DNA of 64,000 nucleotides from Marsupella aquatica (GCA_973895155.1 OZ316898.1:7055079-7119078); one strand, 5' to 3'; positions 49,176 to 63,000 are shown, counted from the first letter of the stretch. Notes: generated by a model not told the origin, from the sequence alone. Translations and numbers: made by a program.

Positions 49176-50387
49176 CTATGGAAGAGACTTGAGGTCACGG
49201 AAGGCTCGGCCAGGAGCGGAATTACCGTGCCAGACATCTACGCAGCCAGTGCCATCTTGGGCGCTGCATCTACCGACGACAAAAAGGGACGTTCCATCGA
49301 CTCCACCGAGGTCGAGATTCGTCGGAGTTTTAGTGCTTGGAAGCTGGATCCGGAGCAGCACCTCTCCGTTCGAAGCGAACTTAATCACCTCTCCGCCACC
49401 ATTTCTCGTGACAAAGAGATTGCCGTCCGCGTCCGTGCGCATGCCATCGATGTCAACTGACCCGCTGCCATCCAATTGCTCGAAGTCGACGAAGAGAGTC
49501 TTGTTGAAGACATCCCCCGACCACGTATCAATCTCAAACCTCCACAGCTTGTTGGACACAACGCTGCCCTGCCGATTGAAAGCCTCGGACAGATACAGCG
49601 TCTTCTCGTCAGGTGAAACCTCGATCCCATTTGTGCGACCGAAAACTCCCAATCGAGTGGCTTTCACCGGCTGGCTCACGGAGAAATCAGGCACCCCGCC
49701 GCACATCCACAGATCACCATCGCCAACAACTGTGTCTGAGGTGTAGGCTTGACCGGACGTGTAAACTCGGCCAGCACGAGGCGCGATGGCTATGTCATTG
49801 GGCTGAACCATGGTGGAGTCGGAGCAGAAGATACTGGATGACACTACTCCTGCTCCATTTGTCGAGAGAAGCGTAACGCTGTGGTCATTCACATCCGCCG
49901 CTAGAGCTCTGCTCTGGACGACGACGGCACCACTAGAACTCTTCGTGGGCAAAAATCGGAGGCCGTTGAAGAATGGCAGCGTGGCTGACGACGAAGTGCC
50001 ATTGTAGAACAGTTGTTGGTCTTTGCTCATGGAGATCTGGCCCAGCGTCGACGTGAGCGAGAAGAAGTCCGTGGCGAAAATGCTTCCCGACTTGTCCACG
50101 GCCGCAGCTTCGATGAGTGCCCCAAACTTCGTGTCTGAAGCCGTAAGGAACGGCTCCGCAGTGAAGACAGGAGCATTACTATACGACATGGAGGCGCAGA
50201 AATTCGGCGACACGAGATTCGCCCCGCATAAATTCGCCGAGTGTACTCCAACCACGAATGTCGTTCTTACCAGAAGTAATAGTGTCGAAACAACAAGTGG
50301 ATTATTGAGCGGGTTTTTGAGCTTCATTGCAAGCTGGCAGCGAGCCTTGTAAGAAGCTATGGGCCTCCCAAATGATGAAGAGACCAT
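49176..50387 (-). CDS. SMP-30/gluconolactonase/LRE-like (six-bladed beta-propeller) protein, probably secreted; intronless; alternative start at 50327
   Basis: 403-aa ORF with a hydrophobic N-terminal segment and catalytic-type motifs IEAAAVD, QPNDIAI, TNGIEVSPDEKTLY, DIDGMRTDADGNLFV and PTNLDLGG. Confidence 0.88.
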   Translation of the reverse strand: MVSSSFGRPIASYKARCQLAMKLKNPLNNPLVVSTLLLLVRTTFVVGVHSANLCGANLVSPNFCASMSYSNAPVFTAEPFLTASDTKFGALIEAAAVDKSGSIFATDFFSLTSTLGQISMSKDQQLFYNGTSSSATLPFFNGLRFLPTKSSSGAVVVQSRALAADVNDHSVTLLSTNGAGVVSSSIFCSDSTMVQPNDIAIAPRAGRVYTSGQAYTSDTVVGDGDLWMCGGVPDFSVSQPVKATRLGVFGRTNGIEVSPDEKTLYLSEAFNRQGSVVSNKLWRFEIDTWSGDVFNKTLFVDFEQLDGSGSVDIDGMRTDADGNLFVTRNGGGEVIKFASNGEVLLRIQLPSTKTPTNLDLGGVDGTSLFVVGRCSAQDGTGCVDVWHGNSAPGRAFRDLKSLP

Positions 50388-53300
50388 CGATTGGACAGCC
50401 TAACGGCGTGTGGACTGAGGGGCCTGCTCACTGAAGATATATTGATCCCTTCCGGTTGAACTGAGTCGAAGATTTTGCCCGTCGCGAGTCAATTTCCTTA
50501 ATCGTCGGATACAGCCTAGTACGCTTCGACTAGAAATATTTGGTTTTTCACGCTGAACGCCCGGAGTTGGATGGATGTGATCACCGATTCGAATGCACCA
50601 GACATTTAACGTATTGGACTTGTTCCGGTCACGTCACACACATACATTTTCGAGCTTCATCACGAGCTGACGGCGAGCCTCGTTAGAAGTTATCGAGGGA
50701 GTCTATCTGTGTGTCACCCTAGACTACAGAATGATCAGTTTGTTCGTTCGTTCGTTTGTGCTGCATCGATTCAAATATGGCATTCGTTCCTTTCTTCCTT
50801 CCGTCCTTCGATCCTTACTAGCTTTCTGCATTCATCACAAATTCCAACCGTGAATCATCGATACCTGCCAAATCATCTCCAGCAGGTTTTCTGAAATGAA
50901 GAATTGCCTCCCAGCTAAAAAACAACCTACGATGTAAGCGAAGCCATTTCATAAACAAACCAGAATGTTCAGGCAAATTACATACGTTCAAGCAGAAGAA
51001 TGAATATTCCCGCACTGCATGAGAGCTAGAATCCGAACATTTGCCGTTCTAAAGACTAGTACTATCAGTGAAAATCGACGCAATTACCTTACTTTTGTTA
51101 TTTCGGCAGTTGAATATTTGCTGTCCTCATGTAACAGTTCCTTCTACCAACTTTCACCCTTGAAAAATGCGTTTTTCGATCAGTGCCTATGGGAGAAAAA
51201 TTGCAGATCTATGCACACCAGAGACTTCAAAGGACAATCCCCGGGACAATCCACAGAAGAAGTCACGTGAGCAAAAGAACCAGGCAGATAAAGAGGTGCA
51301 GTAGAAGAGACTCCAAGTCCAAGTGCTATACGTGCTGTCAGTCTGCTACAAGCTTGCTACGAAATTCCTATAGATGTTCCACGAAAGTTTGGATGAACTT
51401 AAGGGCAGCTACCGATCCAACAGGCGGTCCCATTAATAATCCATTCCAGTAAGAGTCTGGAAGTTTTACGGGACTTTACTCTCCTCATACGAAGGATTTG
51501 GGGATTCGACGGTTTTAGGGAGATGGTCGTGGATGGATGGTTCGTGCTGTGTCTTACCCGACTCACGTGTGCCCCTTGCTGTCCGAATTCAAGGCTACCT
51601 TCATGGCCTGCTTGACATCGAATCAGCTGTGGTCTAAAAAGCCAGCTTATGTTAATGTAGCTCGGTTTCCCGCTCCGAGCTGAATGTTTAATATCGCTGA
51701 TCGAACTGCCTCTCATGATGGAACTCAAATTTCGAGGCAATACTTGAATCTGTTGAGTAGTCTAGACAGGGCGACCGCTCCAAGCAGAGTGCAACTTTCA
51801 ACATACGACAACAATAATTGCAGATAGAGAGAATTTGGAATTGCTGTCGACTTACTCTTAGTCATGCACTCGCGAAGAAGTCACATCAGGTGTACTGAAT
51901 TGGGCTTGGCGAGTTGTCTATGATCCATCCTTGCTGTTCAGAGGGACCCACTAACGTAGATTTGCAGGCTTCGTGAATCTGCTGCAGTGAATCAGAAGCA
52001 GAATAATCACAAACAACGTAAGTATATCATTTGGTGTTTGGACAAGAGCTCGGCGATCTTTCGCTGCGTTTGGGTCTTCATTGTCCTGACTTGCTATACG
52101 TAGTTTTAGTTCCTGGGTTCGGACTCCGGGCTAGAATTCCCCTTCTCTCAGAGACTACCTGCGATCCGAAGTTCCGAACCCCTGAATGAATAATTGCGAA
52201 TTTGCAATCGTGCGGCGTGAACTTGGGAGCAAATTACGGAAGCGGTAGCAAGGCTTGGCGCAGTTCACGTCAAACTCCAAAGTGCAGCTCCAACCTGTCT
52301 CTCATTTCACAAGGTCCTAACTACAGTACACGGAAGTAACTTATGAGTACGTCGAGCGTCTACAGTAGTATCGTGTGAAATGGATAGCCTTTTGGAGTAG
52401 CTCCATTCATACTTGCAGTGCGGGTCATGATGCCATGAGTGAAATAGGACGCCTTTTGGGGGCTTGGTCACGTTGGGCAGGGACCATGTGCGGAGCTGGA
52501 GAGGCGTGGAGTGTATGGATGGGAAGCCTTTACGAGCGTGGTCATGCTTGTGAGGGACAATGTGCAAACTGCAAAGCTGCCGCGCATGTGCAACTGAAAG
52601 CTGTCGACAGACTGATTACAAATGGAACTCTTTCTGAGAAAAGGTTGCTTGCTGGTAAAAGTATTTCTGGGTGTCGACAAAGAGCTTATAGTGCATTGTT
52701 TTGCAGTTGTCAGCAATAGAACTCTTTTCCACCGGGACGGTGTTTATTGTTGTTGGGAATCGATTCGTAAAAGTCAGAATAGAACTCTTTGCGTGAGTTG
52801 TTCGTTGTTGTTTGGGAATCGACTTACATAAGTCATTGGAATGCTTCCCCATGAAGGGTTAGCAGTTTGAAAATCTACTTCAACAAGTCTGAAAGGGAAC
52901 TCTATTTGAGAAGATAATGTGTTCGCAAAATTCAATTTTACCTCTGGGAATTTTCAAAGTGCATAGCCCAATGCCCATTACCAATCAGTTCAAACAGCTA
53001 GGTGAGGTAGCTCTGAGCTGGGGGCCCTCAAGTATGGAGCTCAAATGCAACTCAAATCTGCTTTTGTTGCGTTGATCATGCTACGTCCGTTCCATAATCT
53101 ACGGTTTGCTTCAGTGTCTTCGACAAGCACGAACTCGCGAACTGGATCGGAGAAACCTATCAATTCTGTTGTTTTCAGGAGACACGCCTAACTATTACTG
53201 TGAATAGATCGTGAATCGGGATTTCCAATTCCCTAATCCCGAGATAGACATCAGCAAGTTTCTTTCCTGGAGAGCCAGAGCTTTTGCAGCTTTAACTTTA

Positions 53301-54701
53301 TCTCCTCTTTTTGCCTTGAAATCCGTCTGTTGATGAGCGTCACCAATAAAGGAAAGCCTTGTACTGTATCTCTTTCCAGACTTATTACTTCTAATGAACG
53401 TCCCGGTAGCAGTTATGGTCAAACATTTTCTTTTCCTTTCTTTGCTTCCTGTGCCCCATACGTGGCTGACTGCCTCCATGGTCCGATGTAGACAATGATG
53501 GGCCGAGGCATTTGGATAGCTCTAGTACTTCACAGCTCGTTGTACTTTTACTGTTTCCACTTTCCAGGGATTGCATGTAAATTCACCCGATTTCGCTCGA
53601 TTAGAGAGAACTTGCCATAAGGCTCCTCAGTTCACTGTCGGGCTCCGTTTGTCGTATCTTATCTGTCTTAGTTTCGTTCACTGGCATGGCAACTTCTACC
53701 GAAATTTAATGCAAAAAGATTGTTTGGTGGGCAAAGAAAATGCAGCCAAGCACATGAGGATAAGGACCTCCTGCTGAATTCTTCTCATAACATGTGAATG
53801 GAAACAAAGTGGTCCTCGAGAATCGACATGAAATAAAGGAGATCCTAAGGCCAGGCCATGCCAGTTGATGCAAGTAACACCATTTCCATAGAGATCTTGC
53901 AACACGCATCCGTCTTCTATATTCCCGCGAATTGCCAAAAACCCACCAGATTGCTGCCAATAATGTCTTAGAAATTCAACAATATTGAGGAGGTATCCGG
54001 AGCCTGAAACCAAAAAGCAAATATTAGAGGGATACGACTAATACTACAGTAGCTAGACTCGAATTAGCTTCAGTAGAGTTCGTACACCAACCAGCTAGCT
54101 ACAATACTGCACCGTAAGATTAATTTAAACGATCTGCTTAAATGCTGTTTAGTAGAGATGTCCAACCGATCAGTCCACGAAGGAGGCTGTGTATTGCAGT
54201 CATTAAATTCTCGTCTATCAGACCCTAGTTTTCTACATTCGTAAGGGGGCTGGCAGACTACATTCATCTCTTATCTACTATGCAGAGAAATGGAAAAGCG
54301 ACAAACGTATACCTGCAAAATCTCGCCTTACAACGTAGCAAATATCCAAGAGATATCTTTTTCAGTCTTTCCAGTCACAGTTCTTGCTGTAGGGAAAGTA
54401 ACTCAACTGCAAATATTTGCACCAAGAGAAAGCAATCTAAGGATTTTTTGGTAACACTGCAGTTTGCGGAGTCCGCGTACCCACATTTTGTGATTTGAAC
54501 TCTTGATATCGGCAGTACCGTCGGATCGCCACTTCTTGTGTCTTTCCGATCTGTCTGAATAACGTCTTTATCATTTGCACAATGTAACACGGAGTCAAAG
54601 ATTCGATCGCTAATATTCTGTCCTCCAAACTTGGCTCCGTTGATCGATATCTAGACCTCAGAGAAGAGAGGAGTCAGCTTTCAATAACTTTCAGAAGCCG
54701 C

Positions 54702-57700
54702 CTATTTGCCAAGATGGGTGAGGATTCGCGATATCAGCAACTCTTTCTTCCCAGACAGAGGTAGCTTGTGCGCGGTCAAGTAATACTTAAGCTCCACCAC
54801 TGTGAGGTCCTTCAGCTGCACCCACATACACATCGTCAATCCATCACACCCAGCTCTACCAGGAAGAATAAAACATTGATGTGCGTTAAGATTTGAGTAC
54901 AAGTGCACATGTAGACGGAAAACATTCAGCACCCTTACCTTGCCAGAGTCTGCTAAATCATTCCAATTATACTCGTTCGCCTCTTTGGAGGCAACGTCTG
55001 CAGCAGCTTTACGTTTCTGTGCTGTAGCACTACCTTTTGCCTTTTCTGCCGCTTCCTGTAGCATTTCCTCGTCGTAGTTCTCTCCATACACAGAATTTTT
55101 GAATTCCTGAACAGCTGCCACGGATGCAGGCCTAGATTGCCAAACTCTTGAAGTTATTTGAATCCACATTAGGACAACTCAACCAGTCACTTGATTTGGC
55201 CTACGAAAAACAAATTGAACTGTAAGCAGACGAAGCATTTGCGTGCACCTTCTCATGCCTTCTTCATCAGGTAGAGTTTCATCTTCGACCTCAGGCATTT
55301 CATCCTCGTCCAAAGCAAGACCATGTAAAATGGCATAATGTTTCTGTAAAGCTATTATAACCACCAAGCAGAAATTAGCACGAAGCTTGATTGAGAACAA
55401 AGAGCACGCTTGTGCTGCTGTCACGGGTTCTTCTATACAACTTACAAAGCGATTTTTATTAGTAAAATGCTCTTGAAATTGCAGTCAGATCACCTGGATT
55501 TTGAATTGTGTCAACAGAGAATTCTGACAAATCCAGTTTTCTCATCAGGGTGGCTGCTTTCTCAATCTGCTGATAGGATCCTCGAGCCGGAGGATTTGCA
55601 GCATCAGAGTGATACTGGAGTATCAAAAAGTCACAATCCAGCAAGGAAGTGTCTTAATAACTTTTTTGGTTTCCCACGTCAAAAGAAGGCGCTCTTAAAA
55701 TGTCAGCAGCCACAAAGAGATCCATTAAATTTCCTTTGCTACAAGCGCCTTTATCTTATCCAAAATGACAGAAAACTCCGGTGCTTTCTTGCCTTCTCTG
55801 CAGGCCTGATGTCATCAGAGTACGGTAGGTATATCATGTTAAAGCCTGGTGGCTGTTGTTCACCATAGTCGTTAATATGTTCCTCCTACAGAGAAACCAC
55901 AATCCAAAATTCCAAATAAGCTCTTTTCTGCCCCTTCAGACAGATAAAGCCACGCAAAAAATGGGAGCTACCGCAACATGCGTCATGATGTCAGTACACA
56001 TAGCTCACAAGTACACATAGCTCACAATGTCTCAGGGGTGTCATTAAGTTTCTCATGTAAACAAAGTTCCGTTCCGAATAGGACTAGAGATAGAACTGCA
56101 GACATCTACATCCAAAGGGAGCTCACTTGTGCAACTAGGGCGACTAAGGAGGGATTCGCTGAGCCTCCATGGAAGGCAACAGCAAACCTGCAGTTGAGAA
56201 ACCAAGCCAGTTAAACCATGAATGATAGTAATAACAATAGGTTTGAAATTCAAACAGTAGTACCAGACTTCCAGGATGAACAACTTACTTATGAAGACGC
56301 AGCATAGACCTATGAAATGCAACGAACGCGCAAGTACTCCCAGTAATTGCCTGCTTGAGACAGAAAGTGTTGTAAGCCAGAGGATCCATGAGACTGTAGG
56401 AAAGGTAGACACATAAGTTTGCCAATTAACAGAGAGTCTAGCTTCTCATTTCTACTCACGTCCTTAGGGCAGAATATCATTAATTACAAATCAAATTTTG
56501 ACCGATGTAAGGAAAAATTTCTTGACTTGCAAAAGGAGATTTCTCACTAAAAGCGTCAAGCTAAGTAAAGGGAGTCAGAGTCAAGTAGCTTACATCTTCA
56601 TCCGGGTAAAGAAATGTAGGAGGTCGGAGGTTGTGGTAATCTTTTAGGCATCCAAGGGGTTTAAAGCCAAGGAGTTGTAGCTGAACATTTGTCACTTTCT
56701 TCACTTGTTGCAGCTCATCAGGGTTGAACAGCACTTTCTTTCTGCAAGAATTGGTTGAGACACAATAGTGGATAAAAGGCACACTGAGAGATTCTCTAGA
56801 ACCAAAAAATGAGCGTTTAGAACGAAAAAAAACGTGATGTCGCAATGTAGGAAGTGTCCCTATTCTGAGATGGCAAATAAGACCTTGGTTGCTCACCCAC
56901 AATAATCAAGAGAACGCTTTATTGGTCCCGTCATAGAGGAACCTGTGTCTGAGCAGACATAGGATCTTTCCATCTGCCACTTACCATCACATGTCAAATA
57001 CGAGCTTGGGCAAATATCGGAGCACGAGACGGCAAAAAGGTTTCGCGGGGGTAAATCCAAAAGAATTCAGAGAAGACCCATACAAACAACAGAAATAACA
57101 AGTTCCCAAACAAAGAGCAATTCATTTTCCAGAACAAAAGAACACATGTAGTGCAGTCCACCTCTCGAAACTTATACGAAGTAGACACTATTAGAGAATT
57201 TCTTTACTCTTATGGTACTTCCTTGAATTATCAAATGTCAATTTCAAGATGGATTGAGCGATACCTTCAACGGAGCGTTGCTATTCGAATCAAGCCAAAT
57301 GGTGGAACCTGATGAGGTTCAACCCTATGGTTAATAAGGCACCGCAGAGCTTGGTACTACGAATGAAAACTGGGAAGAGGCAATCATTTCATACCTGTTG
57401 TCGATGGTCTCATCATTGCATATGTTCGAAGTCCAACTTGTAATCCGTTCGTGATATTCAGACTCATCTTTCGAACTACACGCTTCTTGAACATTTTTTT
57501 CGTCAATCGATTCACAAGGTCCTTAAACCTGCACATGTCTCCATGAATCAGCTAACCGGTCAAATGAAAAGGACGAGGAAAAGTGAGAGAAAGCTCTGAA
57601 GCCAAATATAAGAAAGATCCTAGATTTTCGGAGGCCTCAAGAAACAAAAGGATATCCAACCTTTCTTCTGCAGCTGAAATAAACTTGTTGGAGTCATCGT

Positions 57701-60700
57701 CATCTAGTTGAACCATATCCTATTCAGATTTAGCAATTCAAAATTTCAGGTTGTGAAAGTCAACCATCAAAAGGACCAACTTTTTATCATTATGGTGTCC
57801 GGAAGCCGGTCTGTTACAGTAAAACCAACTGTTGTCCTTGCGAGTCATAAATGATAAGTACCCAGATATTGAAAAATCGACTCAAGGTGGCTGACAAAAA
57901 ATAGGACCGTCGAATTTATTGACTTTGCTTGAATCTCCCCATGTGACGTACCGAATACAATATCTTCACATTAAACTGCTCCCCTGGCCTATTGAAGGGA
58001 AATAACTCAATCGCAATCCCAAGATCTTGCGTATCCTGACCCACAAATGGACAACATTCAGAGGTTCACAATTCAGATAAACATATAGAAATCAAAATGG
58101 ACAAACAGCAAAAATTCGAATGGACAAGGAGTGGTAAATTTAGAACTGTCCAATGAACAAGTAACTTTTGACGGTCACATTAGAAAAGTTTTGAACTACT
58201 CATGCTCCACTGTTGACCTTGGCCTTCTGAACGGTCCTCGTTCGTAAGCTTTCCTTGTGTACAGGACTGGCATCCTCAAGTGGATCATCGTTGTTCGTGA
58301 AAATATAGATACGCTTCACCACATTTTTTGACATTCTGCATACAACGAATATCTTACAGTTGTCAGAGCGAACATGGTTCTGGGCTCCTATGCAGGAACT
58401 GTGTTCGCTAGAGTCTTTTCAAGAGAATTTACTGATGAACTCTGCATCTAGGTTCCACGCATAATTAACTTCAATAATTACCCTGTACGAAGCATTCCTT
58501 GTGCCACCCAGAGAGCATTAAAAAGAATGCTCTCTGTGGAATCAGTTGCCCTGACCACCTTACTTCCTATCTCTTTATCAAACTTTTCTGAACACATCGG
58601 ACAGCAATAAACCGTCAGAGCAAGTAGTAATCCACCCCTAACTTCTCTGCTGCGGCAATATTCCTGCAAATTGCCCTGTTTACAAATAGATGGAAAGACT
58701 GAAAATATAATAAATCCCAATATCTGAACTGAATTTCTAAGCTTTGATTGAGATGCAGAGAAGCAGTCATTGTGAAGGTCGCCCTAAAGGTTGGAAACCT
58801 TAGTACAGACCTCGGACACGGTCCAAATCTCTTATTAACTCCGCAGAGGTGATGCCAAGTTCACTGAAGACATAAACACCCTCAGACTCTTGAATGTTTT
58901 TCCTCTCTCTCTGTACCAGCCACATGCCAAGCAACCACGCAAGCGCAGACGATAAAGAAATCAATGATCATATCCACTTTAGCCATCCTTGCTGTACAGA
59001 GAACACATATTTGTAATTTGTACAGCCCCGATTCCTGCCCGCCTAATAACGGGTCTTCCTAGAGCACGCAAACCAAGACCACCATTGCAGGCTAGTTGTG
59101 AAAGGACGTTCATGCAAAAATGAATTAGATTATTGCACACTGTCGAATTACAACTCATGTCTCAGCAGTCAGCAAACCAAGAGGTACTGAAAACTTAATC
59201 TGAAATGGGACGGTGCAGCATCTCCTTGACGTGAATATTCAATGCATGAAATGATCGATTTTCTCATTTGAAGGTGAACTCCAGTTGGGAGCCTTACAGT
59301 GTTAAAAAAACAGACTCCGACTTCATCGGAAGCTTGATTGATAATTCGAGTCCTCAGGTGATTACTGACACCTTTGAGCACTGCCTCAAAGTGTGATTCC
59401 CCAGTACCCTGCATGTCACAAGTCTTAGCGTTCAAACTTTACATGAACTATGCTCTCGGGGTTTTAAGGTCCCGTATGCAAGTACGCCAAACGAAAAGCT
59501 TTATTGCGTCATATGTGCTGAGTTGTATCTAATCGACGAGACGAACGGATTCCAAGAATCTTCTTGGGATAATTTGAAAACCAGGATACATGATTTGTTC
59601 TAATCATTGCAAATGTGATTATGAAAATTCTCAATGAGAAAGCACCTTCGTTCTCAAACTGAAGCAACAAAAAATCACATGAATCATTGAAACAATTCCA
59701 GTGTACTAAACGCATAGCGGGGAAACAAAGTCAAACCTCCTCTGAAATGGGAAGGAACATATCACTTCCTGCATCGATTAAAAATACAATAAACTCCTTT
59801 TTCGAGGAAAATTCCTGCCAAGCCAAGTAGTTTACGCATCAAACTCATCAATGCGATAGCCCAAGAGTATCTACTTGAAGCTAGAAAATTTAAAGACCGC
59901 GAGTCATGCTTCCTAAGTAGTACAGATTGCGATATCTCTCATGGTGAGAAATTACTCTCCCACTCTCCCTGCGCACATTTGATACTGCCACTGCAAAGGT
60001 TGAAGAGCGTCCGACCTCACTTTGATTAGTCATCTAGATCCAGTGTCTGAACTGATACTCATCACTCCAACCAGTTGCAATCTTCTCCATGTGGATTTCA
60101 AAATCCAGTAAGATGCAATTTCAACTATTCCAAGCTAACGTTTACCTCAAGAGACTGCTCACTGGCTCCACAAGTGTAGCGACATCTATCCTCATTCACA
60201 ATTTTCAAATGGCTCACCACTAACCCGACTCTGCGAGCCGGTGCTCGGTGATTGTCTGCAATCCTCTCTTACTGTAGTTCTCTGTGCCTTTTAATCCAGA
60301 GCATGGATTCAAATCCTAAAAGCATTCAGAAAATCGCATATCCTTTTCTCTCAACCACTGTTCACTTCCTGGCATCAGGAATCCTCACTCCAAGCGAACG
60401 AAAGACATGAACAAAGACTCGGAAATACAACCCGGTGCAAAAAGAGCGGAGGCGAAGGAAGCAACAAGAGCAACACCGTCAGCTGAGGCAGGTTTGGCTT
60501 CTCTACTCAGCTAACCGCAAAAGACGAGACGTCGCCTGCCTCGGCCAATTGTTGGCAACAGGAAGAGAGAAAAGCAACTATGATAGAGTCGCATCTAGGC
60601 CAGCAGCAGCCACTCACCAATTCATCCTGCCGAGCGTCCTGGTCTTCCTCGTCGTCGCCAAACAGGGGTTGCTGCTGCTGCTGCTGAGCATACCAATCCA

Positions 60701-60701
60701 T
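54702..60701 (-). CDS. KU70: Ku70 (ATP-dependent DNA helicase 2 subunit), 19 exons: 60701-60618, 59814-59737, 59408-59298, 58910-58811, 58587-58482, 58335-58218, 58035-57952, 57719-57661, 57528-57395, 57308-57265, 56973-56897, 56741-56594, 56350-56289, 56187-56127, 55885-55793, 55614-55494, 55351-55249, 55131-54939, 54815-54702
   Basis: Exons join in frame. They give the vWA motifs KEFIVFLIDAG and KRIYIFTNNDDP, the core LLGFKPLGCLKDYHNLRPPTFLYPDE, PPGFNMIYLPYSDDIR and NPALQKHYAIL, and the C-terminal SAP domain LKDLTVVELKYYLTAHKLPLSGKKELLISRILTHLGK. Confidence 0.96.
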
Positions 60702-60927
60702 GGCACTGAGCCGCAGAAGGAAGACGGCTTGATCGCACAGAGGAGCACTTCCGAAATGGGATGGCCGACGATGAAAGTCTGCATGGAGTCGAGCAGACCG
60801 AATTTCGGAGCACAGAAACGGAGCACAGAAATTGAAAGCGCAGAGGCGGGAGAGAGTAAAAGAGAGAGCAGAAGAGAGACCACTTTGCCGAACGAAAAGC
60901 TGTAGACGAAACCGAGATTGCTTTGTG

Positions 60928-61693
60928 CACTGTCCGGTCTTCCTAAGTGCACACTAGGTAAGTGCAACTACTGGCTATTGCAAGGTGTCCGGTTATTCCC
61001 TCTTATTTCCCCAGTGTTTTGCTAGGTTACCCGAAGAACTGCATACCCTCCTTAAGTTGCACCCAGAAATAATTTAGTAAAATCAGTAAGCTGCCCCCAT
61101 GCATTAATCTTAGCCCCACATTCCAACTGTTTGAAGTGTTTGTGGGCATCAGATTCCTTGCTATAGGGCAATATAATGATTAAATTAGTTTAGAGGGAAA
61201 TTCATTAATTTTGGGTGACAGTAGAATATAGCTTACGTTCCAGCCATTTTGCACTTTGTATAAGTGAAAAGAGGGCTCCACTGCATGACAAATATGTAAG
61301 TGCAAAACCCTCTACAAAGATGTATGCATTTCTTAATACGAGCACCAAATCCTAAGAAAGCTCTTGTGGATAAGTGCATACCATTTATTTAGAGTTAATG
61401 TCAGAGTTATGAGATAGTTGACAGGGGTTTAGGATAGGAATGTACAGTTCATGGGTTAGAGAGAAGCACAAGAATACTGCTGGAACATGAGATGACAACA
61501 TCTTGAATGTGACAAGGGACAAAAGGAAGAGGAATGACTGAAGGTCCAAGCACTCTAGCAGCAAGAAGAATCATGTGCTACCATTTACAAGTACAACGTT
61601 TGGAAATGTGCACTTATCACATATTGCAACCACATCTAAGTGCAAAGGTCCTGGCTTCTTCATGGGAGTGTGCACTTAGGAAGACTGCAGTTG
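60928..61693. mobile_element. MITE-like element in the Ku70 proximal promoter
   Basis: Perfect 19-bp inverted repeat GTCTTCCTAAGTGCACACT (60937-55) / AGTGTGCACTTAGGAAGAC (61667-85) around an AT-rich non-coding interior. Outer termini and TSD are imprecise. Confidence 0.65.
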
Positions 61694-62379
61694 TAATCTT
61701 CAAGGGTGGTTCCATGGAGGTACTTTCAGGGGTTAGAACATCCACCCTCAAGGTTATATGTTGACATTGTTCCACTCATTCCAATGGGGATGCTTAGTGT
61801 TGATTTTATTCATAGCCTTGACATGCCCCTTACCCTGTTCTTACAATGGGGGGATGGCACCTTTGCTACAATGGGTATGGGGAGCAAATGGGGGTGAATG
61901 CAAATCAACACTAAAAGAAACCTTCCATGAGTCCCCTATGTCACCCTTTACCCTGACTGAGTGGTTCTGGCAAAGGGGGGCACCTTACATGCAATTATCC
62001 TACTAGGAGACACTCAACAGAGATTTTAAAAGTTTCCCCAACCCAGTGTAAATGCTTATAGTAACGGCCAAAGTGCATTCTAGTTTCTTGCATGAATTCC
62101 CCAAAACCCTGTTAAACCACAAAGTCACCTATAACAAACTAGGAGTGATCCATAGATCTCATTATAAAGTGCACAAGTCACTTTCACTAAGAATGGGCTT
62201 GGGCTCCACTTTTTTGTGGTGAGTGCTCCACCTTTTATGGTGAGTACACTATTCACCACAGGACAAGAATGAACAGAAGCGAGACAAATAATTGGGCATT
62301 GATATAGGCAGGTGTGGTTTAAGGTCACAGCGCCATCAATTTTACATACTAGTTGTCTACTTGGTACAATGCAAGATTG

Positions 62380-63000
62380 ATTTGTAGAAGATGGACAAAT
62401 ATGTAAGTCAAAATTGGACTTGAAGCAATTGGGAACATTGTGTGTGTGCTCTTGTCAACTAGGATCCTGCACATGGGAGTGAAGAGTATTTGAAGGGTTC
62501 GACCTCCTGTAGTTACGGGTAGAGTTTATTGACTTGTTGCAAGGTCTTAGAAATATTGATGTGGGGTTGAGCACTCTTCTAATCAATTCAGTTACAGTTT
62601 GAGGGCTTTGTTGTTGTAAGATCAGTACATCAACTCTTGATCCAACTGATGACTCCTTAAGTTGGATCAGGAGTTGCAGTACAAAGTCGTGATCCAACTC
62701 AGTTCTCAGTCAGCCAAGCCCTATGTTAGTCACTCTGTGACAACCAACCTTGGTGGATTTTCAGATTGATTCAAGATTTCATTCACTTATTGAGTAGCCT
62801 GTCTTGACAAATGCATATCATCACCCTCCCTAGAAATTTATTAGTCAATGTAGACCAGACTAGAATGAGGCTCATGTCAATGGGAAACAAAATTTACATA
62901 CAGTTTGGAAGGTGCAAGGATGTCAAGGTGATTGCGAGGCTAGCAAAAGACAAGTTGCAATGTAGTGCCCTCTACTCCCCACCCAAGTCATATCCTACTT
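62380..63000 (+). pseudogene. Decayed DDE (pogo/DDE_1-like) transposase fragment
   Basis: LPRNLLVNVDQTRMRLMSMGNKIY...GRCKDVKVIA resembles the N-x-D-Q/E-T first catalytic-Asp region of pogo-like transposases. The surrounding frames are broken. Confidence 0.45.
62453..62732. mobile_element. Possible solo LTR (280 bp) inserted in the transposase remnant
   Basis: TG...CA termini flanked by a 4-bp direct repeat CTCT (62449-52, 62733-36). Confidence 0.35.

Noticed and set aside
51000-54600. Numerous 60-115-aa ORFs between the lactonase and Ku70
   Set aside because: No domain motifs or consistent exon chain. The region could be UTR or lncRNA, but that cannot be supported from sequence alone.
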